Source: Octopus vulgaris (Eukaryota). From it: DNA of 64,000 nucleotides. The stretch covers positions 205,282,001 to 205,346,000 of the forward strand of contig OX597815.1 of the NCBI GenBank assembly GCA_951406725.2. The letters run 5' to 3'. The first letter of the stretch is position 1. Each line of letters begins with the position of its first letter. The notes beneath the pieces were generated by a model, which was given only the letters and a program-made list of their open reading frames with translations, searched no databases and was not told where the DNA came from. Positions 23,714 to 36,878 of the stretch are shown piece by piece. The position numbers and the translations under genes were made by a program.

Positions 23714-24993
23714 CTAGCAGCATAGCCCGGCGTTGCCCGGGTATGTAAGAAACTTTGTCGATAAGCAATGCCCTTTACCTTTCTACCCTTTATTGTATCT
23801 CATTGAACCGTTATTTTGTAAAATGAAGCCTAAAAGGCATTAAGGCATTCAAGGCACCGTTCCCTTGCATGCATGAAGAAAATCTATGACAGTCAAAGTG
23901 CATTTTCTGGTTTTGTTTAGCACACCCAACCCAGTTTTGTGGGATCAGTGTCAGGACGGGAACGCACGGGTTGGGAGTTTGACAGGCAGAGGTGATAAGG
24001 TTGCACATGTCGGCCCTTTTGACACCGCCCCCCCCCCCGAACCCAAGTTGGGTTCGGACCATAGCTAAGCCCTACCTAATCCTAACTTAAGTCTAGCGAA
24101 AGGGGGCTCGGGAGTCTCTAGTAGGCAACGACTATTCCCGATTTAGTCCTTTCCCTCTAGGGAACGAAGGCGCATGTGTAGGTTGCAACGTCTTCTCTTC
24201 ACTCCAATACTTCTGTGTATACGACGTTCCTAGCTGAAGCGGCAAAAATCGACTAAATCGCCTGAAATCCGCGAACTATTTGACAAAAGTCAGTTTTGTA
24301 GGGTTCGCATGGTCGGTCTCAAAGTGATATGGTTTTGTCGATTTCTCCCAATACTTGTTAACTGCATTGACAAAAGGTCGTTAGTTTGACATTTAATGCA
24401 AACTTGATGTCCAACATCGGTGTAGGGAAAATCTATGTGAACTTTCAAAAATTATCGCAGAAAAATCGGTTTGCTATGTGTGCCACATTTGATGTAATTA
24501 ACCGATTTTTTCCAGTAATAACGTATCCTATTGGAATCAAAAGGGCCATATAGCTCCTTGGAGCAGACATGATGCTCGCTGTGAATTTCAACAAAAATTC
24601 CTGCCAATTTGAATGCGATTTCCCAAAATGGCATGATTTTATCGATTTTTTTCTGATGGTAAGGTATTGCATGGAAAACTAACGTCAGAATTAAGTTCCT
24701 TAGGGTAACATTAAGCTTCACCATGAGTTTCGTGAAAATCGATTGCAAGTTGCGAAAACTACAACGGAAAATGCGTTGCATATGATAAGCTTAGATTCTC
24801 GACCCCATGTCGAATTTATCGATTTTTTCAGAACTGGAGGAACTTTTCAAAATTTTCGCTGCATTAGTTTTGAATTATGACATTGGGCTATGTGTGTGTC
24901 AAGTTTCATCAGAATCGGTTGAAAGCCGTGGTCAGGGTGAGGGTACAACCTGACACACACAGACAGACAAACTGCCGTTTATATATAGAGAGA
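23714..24993 (-). mobile_element. Non-autonomous Helitron (1.28 kb)
   Basis: Minus strand has 5' TC(tctatatata), 3' hairpin cccgggcaacgccggg and terminal CTAG; inserted between A and T with no TSD. Confidence 0.85.
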
Positions 24994-25568
24994 TATTCTT
25001 CATGATCAAACTATGGGTTGTGTTGATCGTTTATTCTTTTGGTCTTTGTTATTGCATTATACCCACTCACAACCAATCGCATGCACACAGACAGAGTAAC
25101 GGCGACAGCATTTTGTGAAAAACCGACAAGGTTCGACCAGAAAAACCATAAGTAAGGACGAAGTTTTACAAGAGAAATAAACATCTTCTAATTTGGGGAC
25201 AAGACCCCCAGTGCTCAAATGGTACTTATTTTATCAACACCGAAAGGATAAAAGATGAAATTAACCTCAGCAGAATTGGAACTCAGAAAGTAAAGACTGA
25301 CGAAATGTCATGCCGCATTTCGGTCGAAATGCTAACGATTCTGCTATCTTACCACCTTTGTAAGAAAAATAAATAATATGAGTTTTTATGTCATAAATGA
25401 ATTCAAAATTATTTCACAGTTTTATTGCCAAGTTGCAACACATAAAAAGCATGAGACATTATAGTGACCTGATCTAAACAGCAGCAATTCTCTTTTTCGG
25501 GGTCAGCTTCTTGATTGTATGCCCCAAGACTCAATTACGAGAAATGTGAGAAAGGAAAACATTTTAAA

Positions 25569-25871
25569 CTAGCAGTATCGCCCGGCGTTGCTCGGGTTTG
25601 TAAGGGAAATAACTATATAAGCATTTTTAGAAAGTTACTTCCCTTATATAAACCGAGCAAAAAATGCATTAAAAATACGAAAAAATGATGGTAAATTTGT
25701 TTTAATCGTAGACTCATCGTAGACGCGCGCTAATACCCAGAAGGGCTCGATATGAATCACGACTATAAGATACCCGCTTTTGGTTAACCTGCACCGCAAA
25801 ATGTGGGAGTAGTTAGGAATCTAAATCGGAGTAGACAGACACACACACAACTTCAGTTTTATATATAAAGA
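25569..25871 (-). mobile_element. Non-autonomous Helitron (0.3 kb)
   Basis: 5' TCtttatatataaaactgaagttg ... cccgagcaacgccgggcgatactgCTAG at an A|T site; a shorter relative of 54360-54754. Confidence 0.9.
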
Positions 25872-26759
25872 TATGTAAACACAAATGAAATAAAACTTTT
25901 ATTCAAGCTAAATGTAAACCAGCCACATTAAGTTTGATTCCCATGACCAAAATGAGATCTACAATCAGAAAACCCTTGAACCTTTGCATTTTTTTTTTTT
26001 ACATCAACTGAGAGGAATTCTTCTAGCAGTGCTAATTAAGCCAGGTTAATTAGTCGCTCTCGTAACATGGAAGACTCAGTTTTCTTTCTTTCTTTCTTTT
26101 TTTCATTAATTTCAACTTTGAAAATGACCTTCCACAACTTGCGATTGAAAATGCGATGTTAAGTAGTAATTTGTAACACACACCAAAGGGAAAACCCCTT
26201 CGAAACTGATGTAAAAACTCCAGAGCATCTTCAGGATCAGAGCTCGAAGGAATATTACAAAGTCAATAATTTCGTCATACATTGAATGATTGTTACATCA
26301 TTATCATGATAATTTACGAACTTCGAACATTCCGTTTTTAATCGTTCTTTAAATTACGAATGAATTCAAAATCGATCTCTGCAGTCTTAAAGACGAACAC
26401 CGGTTTTCAATCGGTTCACGATCTCTACCATTATTCATTTCATGCTGTGCTGTCAGTCCACTATCGGATTCCCCAGATATTATTCTTCTCCGTTAAAATG
26501 GTATCCCTCATTTTTCATAATATTCCTTAGCTAAATATATTACATTGTAGATAATTTCGTCATGTTTTATAAAACTAAAGATTTGAATAAAATCTCTCAG
26601 ATCACAAAAAGCTTCATTGAACCCCATTTTCGTATCCTGCAAACATTTAGTGACCGTCCCCAATGATGATAAAATTAGGCACCAACAGTCTAAGAAATAT
26701 ATAAACGGATATTATTGAGTAAGGTTCAGAAGCGAACCAGCATCTGATTTGGTATCTTT

Positions 26760-27152
26760 CTTTTAATTGTTTCAGTCATTGGACTGCGGCCATGCTGGAG
26801 GACGGCCTTGAAGAATTTAGTTGAACAAATGAACCCCATTAATTATTTTTCAAGTTTTGTACTTATCGTATCGATAACTTTTGCCGAACTACTGAGCTAC
26901 GGTTACGTAAACAAACCGACAGCGGTTGCCAAGGAATGAGGGTTCGAACCCAAAGACGCGCGAGCGCGAGCACACACACCTGCACACACATACGACGAGC
27001 TTCCACACAGTTTCCGTCTTCCAAATTCATTACAAGGTACTAATCGGCCTGGAGCTATAGTAGAAGACACTTTCTCAAGGTCAAGTAGAAGACACTTTCT
27101 CAAGGTCAAGTAGAAGACACGTTCTCAAGGTCAAGTAGCAGACACTTTCTCA
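26760..27152 (-). mobile_element. Older SINE family A copy ending in a 25-bp tandem repeat
   Basis: Family A motifs, then gtagaagacactttctcaaggtcaa about four times at 27060-27152. Confidence 0.75.
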
Positions 27153-27351
27153 AACCAGAAAATTGTCCTCCCTGCAAGGGTTCAAGGCTGGCAAAAACAT
27201 TGTCGTACTCTTCGTAGAGTACTTTCACAGCATCATGAACGGAACTCCAGCTTGTATCACATTGCCCTTTCAGGGTTCAAGAGATAAATGATTTTAACAC
27301 TTCCCAACGAGAAGCAGATTAAGTGAAAAAACAAAAAAAGTAAACAGGTAA

Positions 27352-27750
27352 GGCGCAGGAGTGGCTGTGTGGTAAGTAGCTTGCTCACCAACCATATGGT
27401 TCGGGGTTCAGTCCCACTGCGTGGCACCTTGGGCAAGTGTCTTCTACTATAGCCTCAGGCCGACCAAAGCCTTGTCAGTGGATTTGGTAGACGGAAACTG
27501 AAAGAATCCCGTCGTATATATGTATATATATATGTGTGTGTGTTTGTGTGTCTGTGTTTGTCCCCCTAGCATTGCTTGGCAACCGATGGTGGTGTGTTTA
27601 CGTCCCCGTAACTCAGCGGTTCGGCAAAAGAGACCGATAGAATAAGTACTAGGCTTACAAAGAATAAGTCCTGGGGGTCGATTTGCTCGACTAAAGACGG
27701 TGCCCCGGCATGGCCGCAGTCAAATGAATGAAACAAGTAAAGGAGTAAAA
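27352..27750 (+). mobile_element. SINE family A, full length
   Basis: aggcgcaggagtggctgtgtggtaag ... gaaacaagtaaaggagt. Confidence 0.9.
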
Positions 27751-27849
27751 GCGGTTTTCTAGAACTAAGAAAATGTAGCAACAAGTCGCACCTCACTTAC
27801 ATGGACACAAGTTTGTGGCGTAGTTATGACAAGATTTGATGTCAGTTTA

Positions 27850-29050
27850 TATTCAACAGTTATGGCTACATTTTTTTACAAGGCTTCATGAAAATACACA
27901 CATCAAATTTATATGAACCTCACATTTTACAGGAGTTGAAGGTCTCCACAGATAATTATTGATTAAACTGATCTTTCTGATCACTGCAAAAACGTATAGC
28001 ATTGATTCTTCATCATCTCTGAGTTGGTATAGAGCCGTGAAAATAACTATTAGGAAAATCGTGTTGGCTTGAGTATGAAGCTGTGAAAACAGCCATAGGC
28101 GCAGAATTCCTGAGGATCGAATTCTTTCTGGCATGTCGCGCCAAACCGCTTTGTTTTATTAAGGTCATTACTGAAAGAATTTTTTGGAACTTATCATGGT
28201 GAATAGTTAGTTCTGATTGGCGGAAATTGGAGTCTACACGTATGATAAACTCACGATTTACACGTGATAAGAAAATGGACGTTGGAGTCAACTTGTGGTT
28301 GTGGTTCTTGCAATTCACAAACACGACATTTTGGTTAACTTCAAGAATTTTTTGTTAAACATCTCTCCTGATTCCAGTCATAACAGCTGAGTTATCACGA
28401 CCGTCACTGACGAAAATTTTGTCTTCCAATTTGTCCGATATTATTTTTATCAAGTTGACTGCATCTTTCTCTCTGATTTAAAGAATCCCAGAAATCCCTC
28501 ATTTACTTCTATTTTTCTATTTTTATCAATATGTACGTGGCACACAGCTTCGGAAACCTGATCTTCATGAATAATACCTGGAGTTGAATCCAGCATTATG
28601 CTAAAGTATTTTGCTTCTTTAATTTAAGAAATTTTTCTTTTTTCCTGACAGTTTCACGAAGAAGAAAATTCCGTTTTAACTTCTATTGGAAAAGTCGCAA
28701 CACTTTTTGATTTCCTTTCTCGTTCTGCGGATGTTCTGCCACGGTTACATCGTACTTGGTCAAAAGTCTGATCGTTGCTAAAATGTTTCCTGTATATTTT
28801 ACTCTATTGTCTCCTCTGGCACCGATAAACTCAATATTTCTTCTCAATGCCCACAAAATGTCAGATTTTGTTTTGTCTGATATAATACAACTTTGATGAT
28901 TCGTTCAGTTACAGTTTTCCATTTTTTTTCTCCTTTCAGTATATATTTGCCGTTGAAGTTCAGAATCTATTGTAAACTAACACTGGAGTCAAACTACAAG
29001 GTTCAAGTATTCCATCACATAAGAGAAGGACTTTTCTCATGGTTGCGTAG
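27850..29050 (-). mobile_element. Decayed hAT (ZMYM1/Tip100-like) transposase
   Basis: Minus strand reads approximately 'IEVNEGFLGFFKSERKDAVNLIKIISDKL...DNSAVMTG...QKILEVNQNVVFVNCKNH', matching the hAT E.FLGF...D.A..M.G...C..H pattern; many frameshifts. Confidence 0.75.
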
Positions 29051-29114
29051 TTGTGGATTTTCTGTGTGTGCGTGGACTTCGCTTATATAAATATCATTTG
29101 TGATATAAATATAA

Positions 29115-29392
29115 TGTTTGTTCCTTCTCGAGCCATGTCTGGCTCATAAGGGCCGGTTTCCCAGTTTCCTTGGCATATAGGAAACGGTCCGTCACAGGTG
29201 AGCTGCAGGAGGAAAGAGTGAGGGAAAGTTGTGGCGAAAAAGTCAGCAGAAGTTCGCCATTACCTTCTGCAGGAGCTGCGTGGAGCTTAGGTATTTCGCT
29301 CGTAAACACACACATCGCCCGGTCTGAGATTCGAACTCGCGATCCCTCGACCGACGAGTCCGCTGCTCTAACCACTAGGCCATGTGCCTCCA
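29115..29392 (-). mobile_element. tRNA-derived SINE family C (tRNA-Arg-like head, OR-type)
   Basis: Minus strand gtggaggcacatggcctagtggttagagcagcggactcg...ggatcgcgagttcgaatc has A and B boxes; related head at 34542-34872. Confidence 0.8.
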
Positions 29393-29811
29393 CATATAAA
29401 TATAGTAAATTATTCAATAACTTATACAGACAACGGCATGGACAGTAGACATTAAACACTAAAAAAGATAAGAGAAATCACAAGCCTAACCAAAAATATT
29501 ACTACATTATTCTCGATATATGTCTGTACATACCTTTATGCACGCGTTACGTGAGTCCGCCAGAGCTACTCAGCCTTATTACAACTCTCTAAAGACGTTT
29601 TTACAGCTATCCTTGCTCAATGTGTTATGCACATACGAGTTGACCGATTTCCCAGAACTAATTATATTATAGTCAGTCGACTGTTTTTTGTGTATTTAGT
29701 GGACTAGCCAACACGATTTTACGATAACACTGGTCGTTTGAATTTAACAAACAAACTATGTGAACTTAAACGAATTCTAGTGTTCATAGATTCACTACTA
29801 CTTTATATTAT

Positions 29812-30830
29812 TGTAACGACCGTGAGATGCGAGGTGAGGAGAATGGCTCTTTCGTACCTCACCACACAGCACTTACAATAAATAGAAATGAAGGGAACAA
29901 GAGGGAAAAAGGCACAACCGCGTGAGAATGATTATGAGAATGTTTATTGATGTAATAACGTGTGTATGTGTGTGCGTCATGTATTCAGAATAATATACAG
30001 GCCGTCGTGAGAACAAAATGTATGTGTGTGTGTGCAGGCATAGATATATGGGCGTGAGTTAAGAACATTTAAAGATGGCAACGAAGAAGGAGAGAGTGAA
30101 AGAGTCTACAGCCATCGAAGTGAGAAGTTCATAGACACAAGAAAGATGAATAATACCCATTTCTTTATTACCCACAAGGGGCTAAACATAGAAGGGACAA
30201 ACAAGGACAGACATAGGTATTAAGTCGATTACATCGACCCCAGTGCGTAACTAGTACTTAATTTATCGACCCCGAAAGGATGAAAGGTAAAGTCGACCTC
30301 GGCGGAATTTGAACTCACAACGTAACGGCAGACGAAATACCGCTAAGCATTTCGCCCGACGTGCTAACGTTTCTGCCAGCTCGCCGCCTTAAGACGAATA
30401 ATACCAGTTCGTAGTCATTCGTACACGGTAGTTGAAATACCGTATCAAGAAGTCGTGGCCATGATGCTGAGCCGGTTACAGGTACATGTCATACGTGAAG
30501 TCGTGGTTGTGATGTTGCTGCCTGGGTCACTTATACAGGAGTTCATACAGGTTGTATATTCGCTGTTGATCCATGAAGTAATTCACAAATAGAAAAGTGT
30601 TGGAACCTGAGTGAGTTGCTTGCCGAGCTGTATATGAATAGAAATGATGTTGACGACGTCAAGGACATGATGGTGGCGACGAAGAAGCAGTTTGCGGTAA
30701 TGCTGTTGGACGAAGTTGGTAAGTTTCAACGTGTGGTGGTGTTTGGCTGGCGTTGTCGCTGGAACTGGCTGTCTTGTGGACAGTAGCTAGACCTTAAAAG
30801 GTCTGGAACCAAGGACTTCTAATGAATTGT
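29812..30830 (-). mobile_element. Probable solo LTR or LTR-like repeat, with a SINE B inserted at 30158-30390
   Basis: Collinear with 36879-37740 and with 45290-45936 (opposite strand), sharing a TTACA terminus. The other boundary is approximate. Confidence 0.6.
30158..30390 (-). mobile_element. SINE family B, monomer, 15-bp TSD
   Basis: TSD aagatgaataatacc (30143-30157) and aagacgaataatacc (30391-30405). Confidence 0.9.
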
Positions 30831-31448
30831 TAAATTAAGTGTCTCTTATTCTGTTTGACCCAGTTAAACCTACCTATTAAACTCCATGTTGTAAGAGGCA
30901 TCTTTTGTTTTCCAGATATAGTTGGGGCTTTCAGAGTGATGTATAATACAAAGCTTTTAACCAGGAAGATAGGTCGCAGTATAAAATCTTTTACATGTAC
31001 GACAACTGTATAACACTACCACAGACCGTGACACCGAGAGAGCCATTAGTTGGTCGCTCAACCTGCCAAAAATAGCAGCCAAATCCCTACCCTTACTTCA
31101 CCCCAAAAGTACAATATCTTCTTCTTCTTAATCCTTTTTGTCCCTTGTGGAGCATAGGACCTCAACAATTGTTTTCCACATTTTGTGGTCATTGGCGTGT
31201 TTCTTGGCTGCTTCCCAAAAGTACAATTTACTATGTTAATAATTGAATGGTATTTTGGATAGTGTCATCCTAAACAAACTATGTCTGGAAACAGTATCCC
31301 TCGATGGTCACAGCTGGAATACTTTTGATTATGGGCCTACTCAGTTAAATCTGACCTCAGGATAAGCAACAAACATGCAACGGATAACTATACAATAAAA
31401 CCATTTGTAATTTTATTCTACCATTGTTGGCAATCATTAGAAAGGAAA

Positions 31449-31835
31449 TGTAGTGGCGCCAGGTTTTAGACGCCATTTTAGGATGTCCATCTGCGCATGT
31501 GCAAAGTTGGACATCCCTGCCGGAAGTCCCCTGATGCGCACGCGCAGTAATCAGGAGCAGTTAGCTTTTCCCGCTATTCCAAACCTCTTGGCTCTCGGCG
31601 GTCGATGAGTTAAGGCAGGTCCCGACAAGGCTCCGAGCGAAGGGGCGAACCCGACTCGGCGGGCGGTGAAGACTGTTCTAACCATGGTGATTTAATCCGA
31701 CTCTGCTGTTTTTCCTAACCCTGGCGTTCCCGCTACCGATGACCAGCGATGAAGTATCTCCTTCTGTGAAAATTATAAACCATTGTTGTTATTTGTTCAG
31801 CGATTCGTGTTCCTGCCGTTTTATTCCTTTCTACA
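31449..31835 (+). mobile_element. Possible solo LTR (CpG-rich, ~390 bp)
   Basis: Bounded by TGTAG...CTACA, with a GC-rich body and an AT-rich 3' part. No convincing TSD found. Confidence 0.4.
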
Positions 31836-31999
31836 ACATTGTAGCGAAACGTGTGAAGTACCCTACAAGTGCAGATATCACACAGAGATAGATAACTAAC
31901 CCTACAGAAACATTCAGTAATGACGGATCTTGTCATCGTCATTAACACAGCAAAGGTGTTTCATTTGATAGGGTTTCACAAAAGATGTCTTCCTTGTGA

Positions 32000-32690
32000 G
32001 AGGCTTTCTTCCACTGTGCCTCCAAGCACAGTGCATTCTCTAGACATGCTCAAAACAGTGAAGCTTCCTTTGAGTAACACTTTCCTGAAGTACTGGTTTC
32101 GTGCCAATCTCATATAGAATGATATTCATTGACCTTCTTTCGATATATGATACCCTAAAGATTCATCAGTGCCTCTAAACTTCAGCTTCTTTTCGCCAGC
32201 TACTTTTAGGGTTCATATTTCGCCACTGATTAGATAAAGCTCTTGAGAAAGCGTACGTTCGTGTTAGTGCTCACATATATATCTTTCTAAACTTTCAAAA
32301 GCTTACAAGTGCATGTGCTAGCCTCTGCAATATTTCCTTGCATATAGTCCAGCACCAAGGTGTATAAAGGAGAACACTTGTTCGATCCTGACCTTTCCGA
32401 TAAGAACGTAACTTAAATTGTAGTTTTGCAGCTGATCACATAACTTTGGTCTTTTTGACATTTACCAATATTCCAAACTTAGCAAAGGTCTCCGTAACAT
32501 TACTGAGAAGAATTTTTTATTTCTTCTCTAGTGGTTAACAGGACTATGTCATGTGCATACCACAAGTTTCCGATGCCATTTACTCGTATTTTAATGTCAG
32601 TGTTTTTCAGAATTTCTAGTCTCATGGCCATCTCACTGAATGCAAAATTAAGCTCGATACGGAGAAAATGTAAAGATAGCACAAATTTGC
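32000..32690 (-). mobile_element. Decayed LINE RT fragment (RTE-like)
   Basis: 'IKIRVNGIGNLWYAHDIVLL' is a decayed NLRYADD motif. Confidence 0.65.
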
Positions 32691-33199
32691 ACAGACTAAT
32701 TACAGAATTTATGCAAATAATTAATCAGTGTGTTTGTAGACCGTTTATAACCTTCCTATAGTCTAGACCGGGCCCGTCAAATACACGGCCAGCGAGTGGC
32801 GTAGCTGGAGGTTTTAAAATTGGGAAGCCCCCCAAATTTTTAATAATAAAAATGATTAATAATAATTTAATCAATAAAAATGGGATTATTGATGAGTTAA
32901 TAAAAGGTTTTAAAGCATTTTTACTTAATAAAGAATTAATGTGATAAAATTTAAATTTATTACCTCTGTTCGGTTGTAGATCTGATAACTTTGCACTTGT
33001 TTCAACTTTGCCGGTGAAAGCTACCCGCGTGCTGAATGCGCGAGTGATTCAGCGCTTGGTCTCATTTGTTTCCCAATTTAAAATTGAGAAGGTTTGGAAT
33101 ATTGAAAGTTATTTTACAATGGCTAATGCTCCGTCAGATCGGAAAAGTTATTCTGATGTCAGTTTTCAAGTGACGGAAATCTTTGCCGTAAATGAGTAA

Positions 33200-33420
33200 C
33201 CCTTTAGCATTTGAAAACAGACCATTATCCGGCCCCAAAATTCTACCTGTTTTATGTTCAGACTGACCAGATCTAGCTTCTCACACCTACTCTACAATGT
33301 CATTCAAAAAGTAAACAATCATACCATTGAAATAGCAAAGCTACAAGATAATGCATGATTAATTGAAAAAGGTAAATAAATAAGCATTAAATTTGACAGA
33401 GTAAGCTTAATGTTGAAGGG
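33200..33420. mobile_element. piggyBac-like MITE, nested in a hAT-like relic (about 32765-33500)
   Basis: gtaa|CCCTTTAGCATT ... AATGTTGAAGGG|ttaa. Confidence 0.65.
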
Positions 33421-33854
33421 TTAAAAATATGCTGCCTCTATTACAACATGTATATAAGCAATGTGGCCTATAGAGACTCTACAGTTTGACATGCCTGGTC
33501 AAGACCATCATCTGGTCAGGCATAAAAAAATATATACTCTGCAAGTACATCCCTACTCCATCAGTACAGAAACAAGATCCTGCTTAATAGACTAGACTTA
33601 AATGGTTGATATTTGTATCATGAAGGGTCGTCACTCAGCACGCAATTATTGTCATGGTATACTGATGTACAAAAGCAAAGCTCAAGGATAAATAGAATCC
33701 CTCTCAGCCAAACTCATGGGCATAGATACGTGATGACTCCGAATCCATACAAGATTATTAAATAAAGCTCTGTCGGTTAGTCAAAAGAAATACCAGTAAT
33801 TTCAAATACAAAATCCACTTGAAGACTTCTGGTACAAATTTCTCACATCAGACT

Positions 33855-33930
<76 letters not shown>

Positions 33931-33932
<2 letters not shown>

Positions 33933-34419
33933 ATCTTTACCTTTCGACGTATAGATTTAAAAAATAATTTTTTGTGACTAAACACTTTCAAACTTCGGAC
34001 ACTGGTAGAATGTGTCATATAAAACATCTTTTACTCTTAGCATTTTTGAGAAAACCTAACCCTAAACCTAACCCTACTCTAAAACTCTAACCCTAACCCT
34101 AAAACCTTAAAGCTTAAACCAGTACAAACGCACAAACGATGTCATAAATAACAGTAACAAACGAAAAATACACCGCCGATAGTTGTTGTTGACAAACAAC
34201 GGCAGTAATTTTATTCAGCTGAATACACGTCATTGATTGGTTGAAATTACCGAAATAGGACTACTTTAACGTGAAATTACTTCATAAATATAAGTTTTTC
34301 TCAAAAATGTTAAGAGTAAAAGATGTTTTATATGACACATTCTACCAGTGTCCGAAGTTTGAAAGTGTTTAGTTACAAAAAATTATTTTTTAAATCTGTA
34401 CGTCAAAAGGTAAAGATCC
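33931..34419. mobile_element. MITE with ~125-bp TIRs starting GGATCTTT and internal (TAACCC)n-like repeats (Merlin-like)
   Basis: 33931-34055 is the reverse complement of about 34295-34419; it sits at the edge of a (TA)n tract. Confidence 0.85.
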
Positions 34420-34541
34420 CACATATATACCAACGACCATACAAGATAATTCTACTGAGTGACAAATATTCAACCACCAACAGGCTTAAACCAATAGTTC
34501 ACATACTCGTTGTTTCGTCTCGATTCTTGTTCTATTGGATT

Positions 34542-34872
34542 TCACAGCCTGCTCGTGAAATTAACGTGTAAGTGACTGAGCACTCCACAGACACGTGTAC
34601 TCTTAACGTAGTTCTCGGGGATATTCAGCGTGACACAGAGAGTGACAAGGCCGGCCCTTTGAAATACAGGTACAACAGAAACAGGAAGTAAGAGTGAGAG
34701 AAAGTTGTGGTGAAAGAGTACAGAAGGGATCACCACCATCCCCTGCCGGAGCCTCGTGTAACTTTAGGTGTTTTCGCTCAATAAACACTCACAACGCCCG
34801 GTCTTGGAATCGAAACCGCGATCCTATGACCGCGAGTCCGCTGCCTTAACCACTGGGCCATTGCGCCTCCAC
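34542..34872 (-). mobile_element. tRNA-derived SINE family C variant with a different 3' part
   Basis: Minus strand gtggaggcgcaatggcccagtggttaaggcagcggactcgcgg...ggtttcgattcc. Confidence 0.8.
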
Positions 34873-36878
34873 TGCTTGTTCTATTACTAATTCAATGGCC
34901 TTTGTTTTCCTTCTTGTCACCTTTATTGGTGTCTCACCTGCCAATCAGCAGCACATAAGCCCCCCACCCCAATTCAAATGGATGATCACCTTTTGTTTGA
35001 TAATTCTGATTATCGAGAGGTCAAGCAATAGTTATATTTAACTGTACTAGTTTAATACTCAATGTTGAAACGTTTGAGACAAAGTTTATAATGATAAAAA
35101 ATTATTTATAATAAAAAAAATAATTAGATTAATTAATGGAAATTAATAGGTCGAAGCCTAATATTTCGAATGTAAAAAAAAATGTGAATAAAATCAGGCT
35201 TAGAAGATGACGTCAGACAAACCTCCAAAGAGCAAAAAAAAAAGAAAAAAAGGAAGAAAAAAGAAAGTGTTGGTGGGCAGGCAACAAACAGTATGAAGCT
35301 GAGGTTATGAAACACAAATGCTAAACCGGTTATTACGAAAGATTTAAAAGGCATGAACAGCTGAAAAATCGATTTGGACAAAGTAGAAAATTTGCCGCTA
35401 AAACAATGGGAAAAATCAACTGTTTCTTTATCACCGACAAATAAGATAACGGACGAAAGAGCTTCTACGCGGCCATGTGTCCGCTAGAAATAACAGTAGT
35501 CAGCACAATATTATCTAAAGTAAAGAAAGATACATTTGATAATGTCTTTCGAGTTCGAGAAACATGATTCAGCAATTTCTTGCCGAACAGCCTGCGCAGT
35601 TGATTTGATTATAGAGATCAAATATTTGTGCTGATCCTGACCTCACTCCCTCTATCAAATCGACATTGCCAGTACAGGTGCACTATGTGTCACAAGCCAG
35701 TTACGGGAGTGATCGCAGATCAACGGGAAATGAAGAGTTTTTACTTAAGAACACAACGCACCGCCCAGTCCGTAGAATCGAAACAACGAACTTACGGTTG
35801 TGAGTGCAACATCCTAACCACTAGGCCACATAGCCTCATATGTAGTCCTATAGAATCGTAAAAGACGGTCACTCTTGGATACCTTAGAGACCATGGGTTT
35901 TCTCAATCAGGAACTAAATAAGGGCAACACGTGAGAAAATATTATATTACAGAAACTACTGTCAGTATCTGGGCCTTTAAGAAGGGGTTGCCAAAGGATA
36001 CATCGTGTCCGAACTTATGAATTTCGTGGTAACTCAGAAATTACTTGTTTATATGGAAGAATAGTATTCATAGAAAGAAAGCAGAATGGACAGAAATGTT
36101 TCACTCTGCTGATAAAATTATATCAGAACCTCTTGTCGCTCGTTCAACAACTTTGCGCGATATTGTACATAAACTCATTTTATAGCAAGTTATCTTACAA
36201 AGTGCAGCACTTGAATGTATATGGTGCCAGAGATTGAAATAAACAAACTTGACCGAGAAAACCTTAAATATATTTCGAGATGATGTCACAAAAAGAAGAA
36301 GAAAAAAATCTGTAGAAATAACCTTGACAACTGGTGTAAGAGCACTGCTAACACAGTAGAACACGGTATTGACTTATGAAAAAGTTGAATATATTTTGCA
36401 GTTTATTATGGTTGCATAACGAAGTACCGTGTACAAGTCCTTAATCACTGCAAGATACAATCAATAGTAATCATTAAGTAAGCTCGTTCGACCTGCAAGA
36501 AATTGCAGTCAGATATCTTTCAGACTAAATATTGTTGACTTTAAAAACGAAGGGACGCATTAGATAATGGAATCCTAAATGCTTCTAGAAAGGTTGTATG
36601 GTCACGGCTGGAATACTTTTTCTGTCTTTGTCGTGTCTACAGAGTCATTATCAAAAGATTGGTGGAGCTACGTGAATCCTCATTTCTTGGCTTCTTAGAG
36701 AGAGCGAGAGAGAGAGCGAGAGAGAGAGTGGAGGAGAAATCGATTTCAATATTTGACTGGTACCTTATTTATTGGTTCAGCGTTGATGAAAAGTAAAATT
36801 AGTATCAGCGGAATTTGAGAGGAAACCAGAAACAAAAAACACTGGCAAATCTGCCTATGTGGCACCTTAGTAGACCTC

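Noticed and set aside
26028-26056. Paired TAATTA homeodomain-type sites as an enhancer
   Set aside because: Short AT-rich motifs are expected by chance here, and no conservation data are available.
34800-34872. tRNA-Arg-like gene (also about 29320-29392)
   Set aside because: It is the head of a SINE, continuing into repeat body sequence without a proper acceptor stem or terminator.
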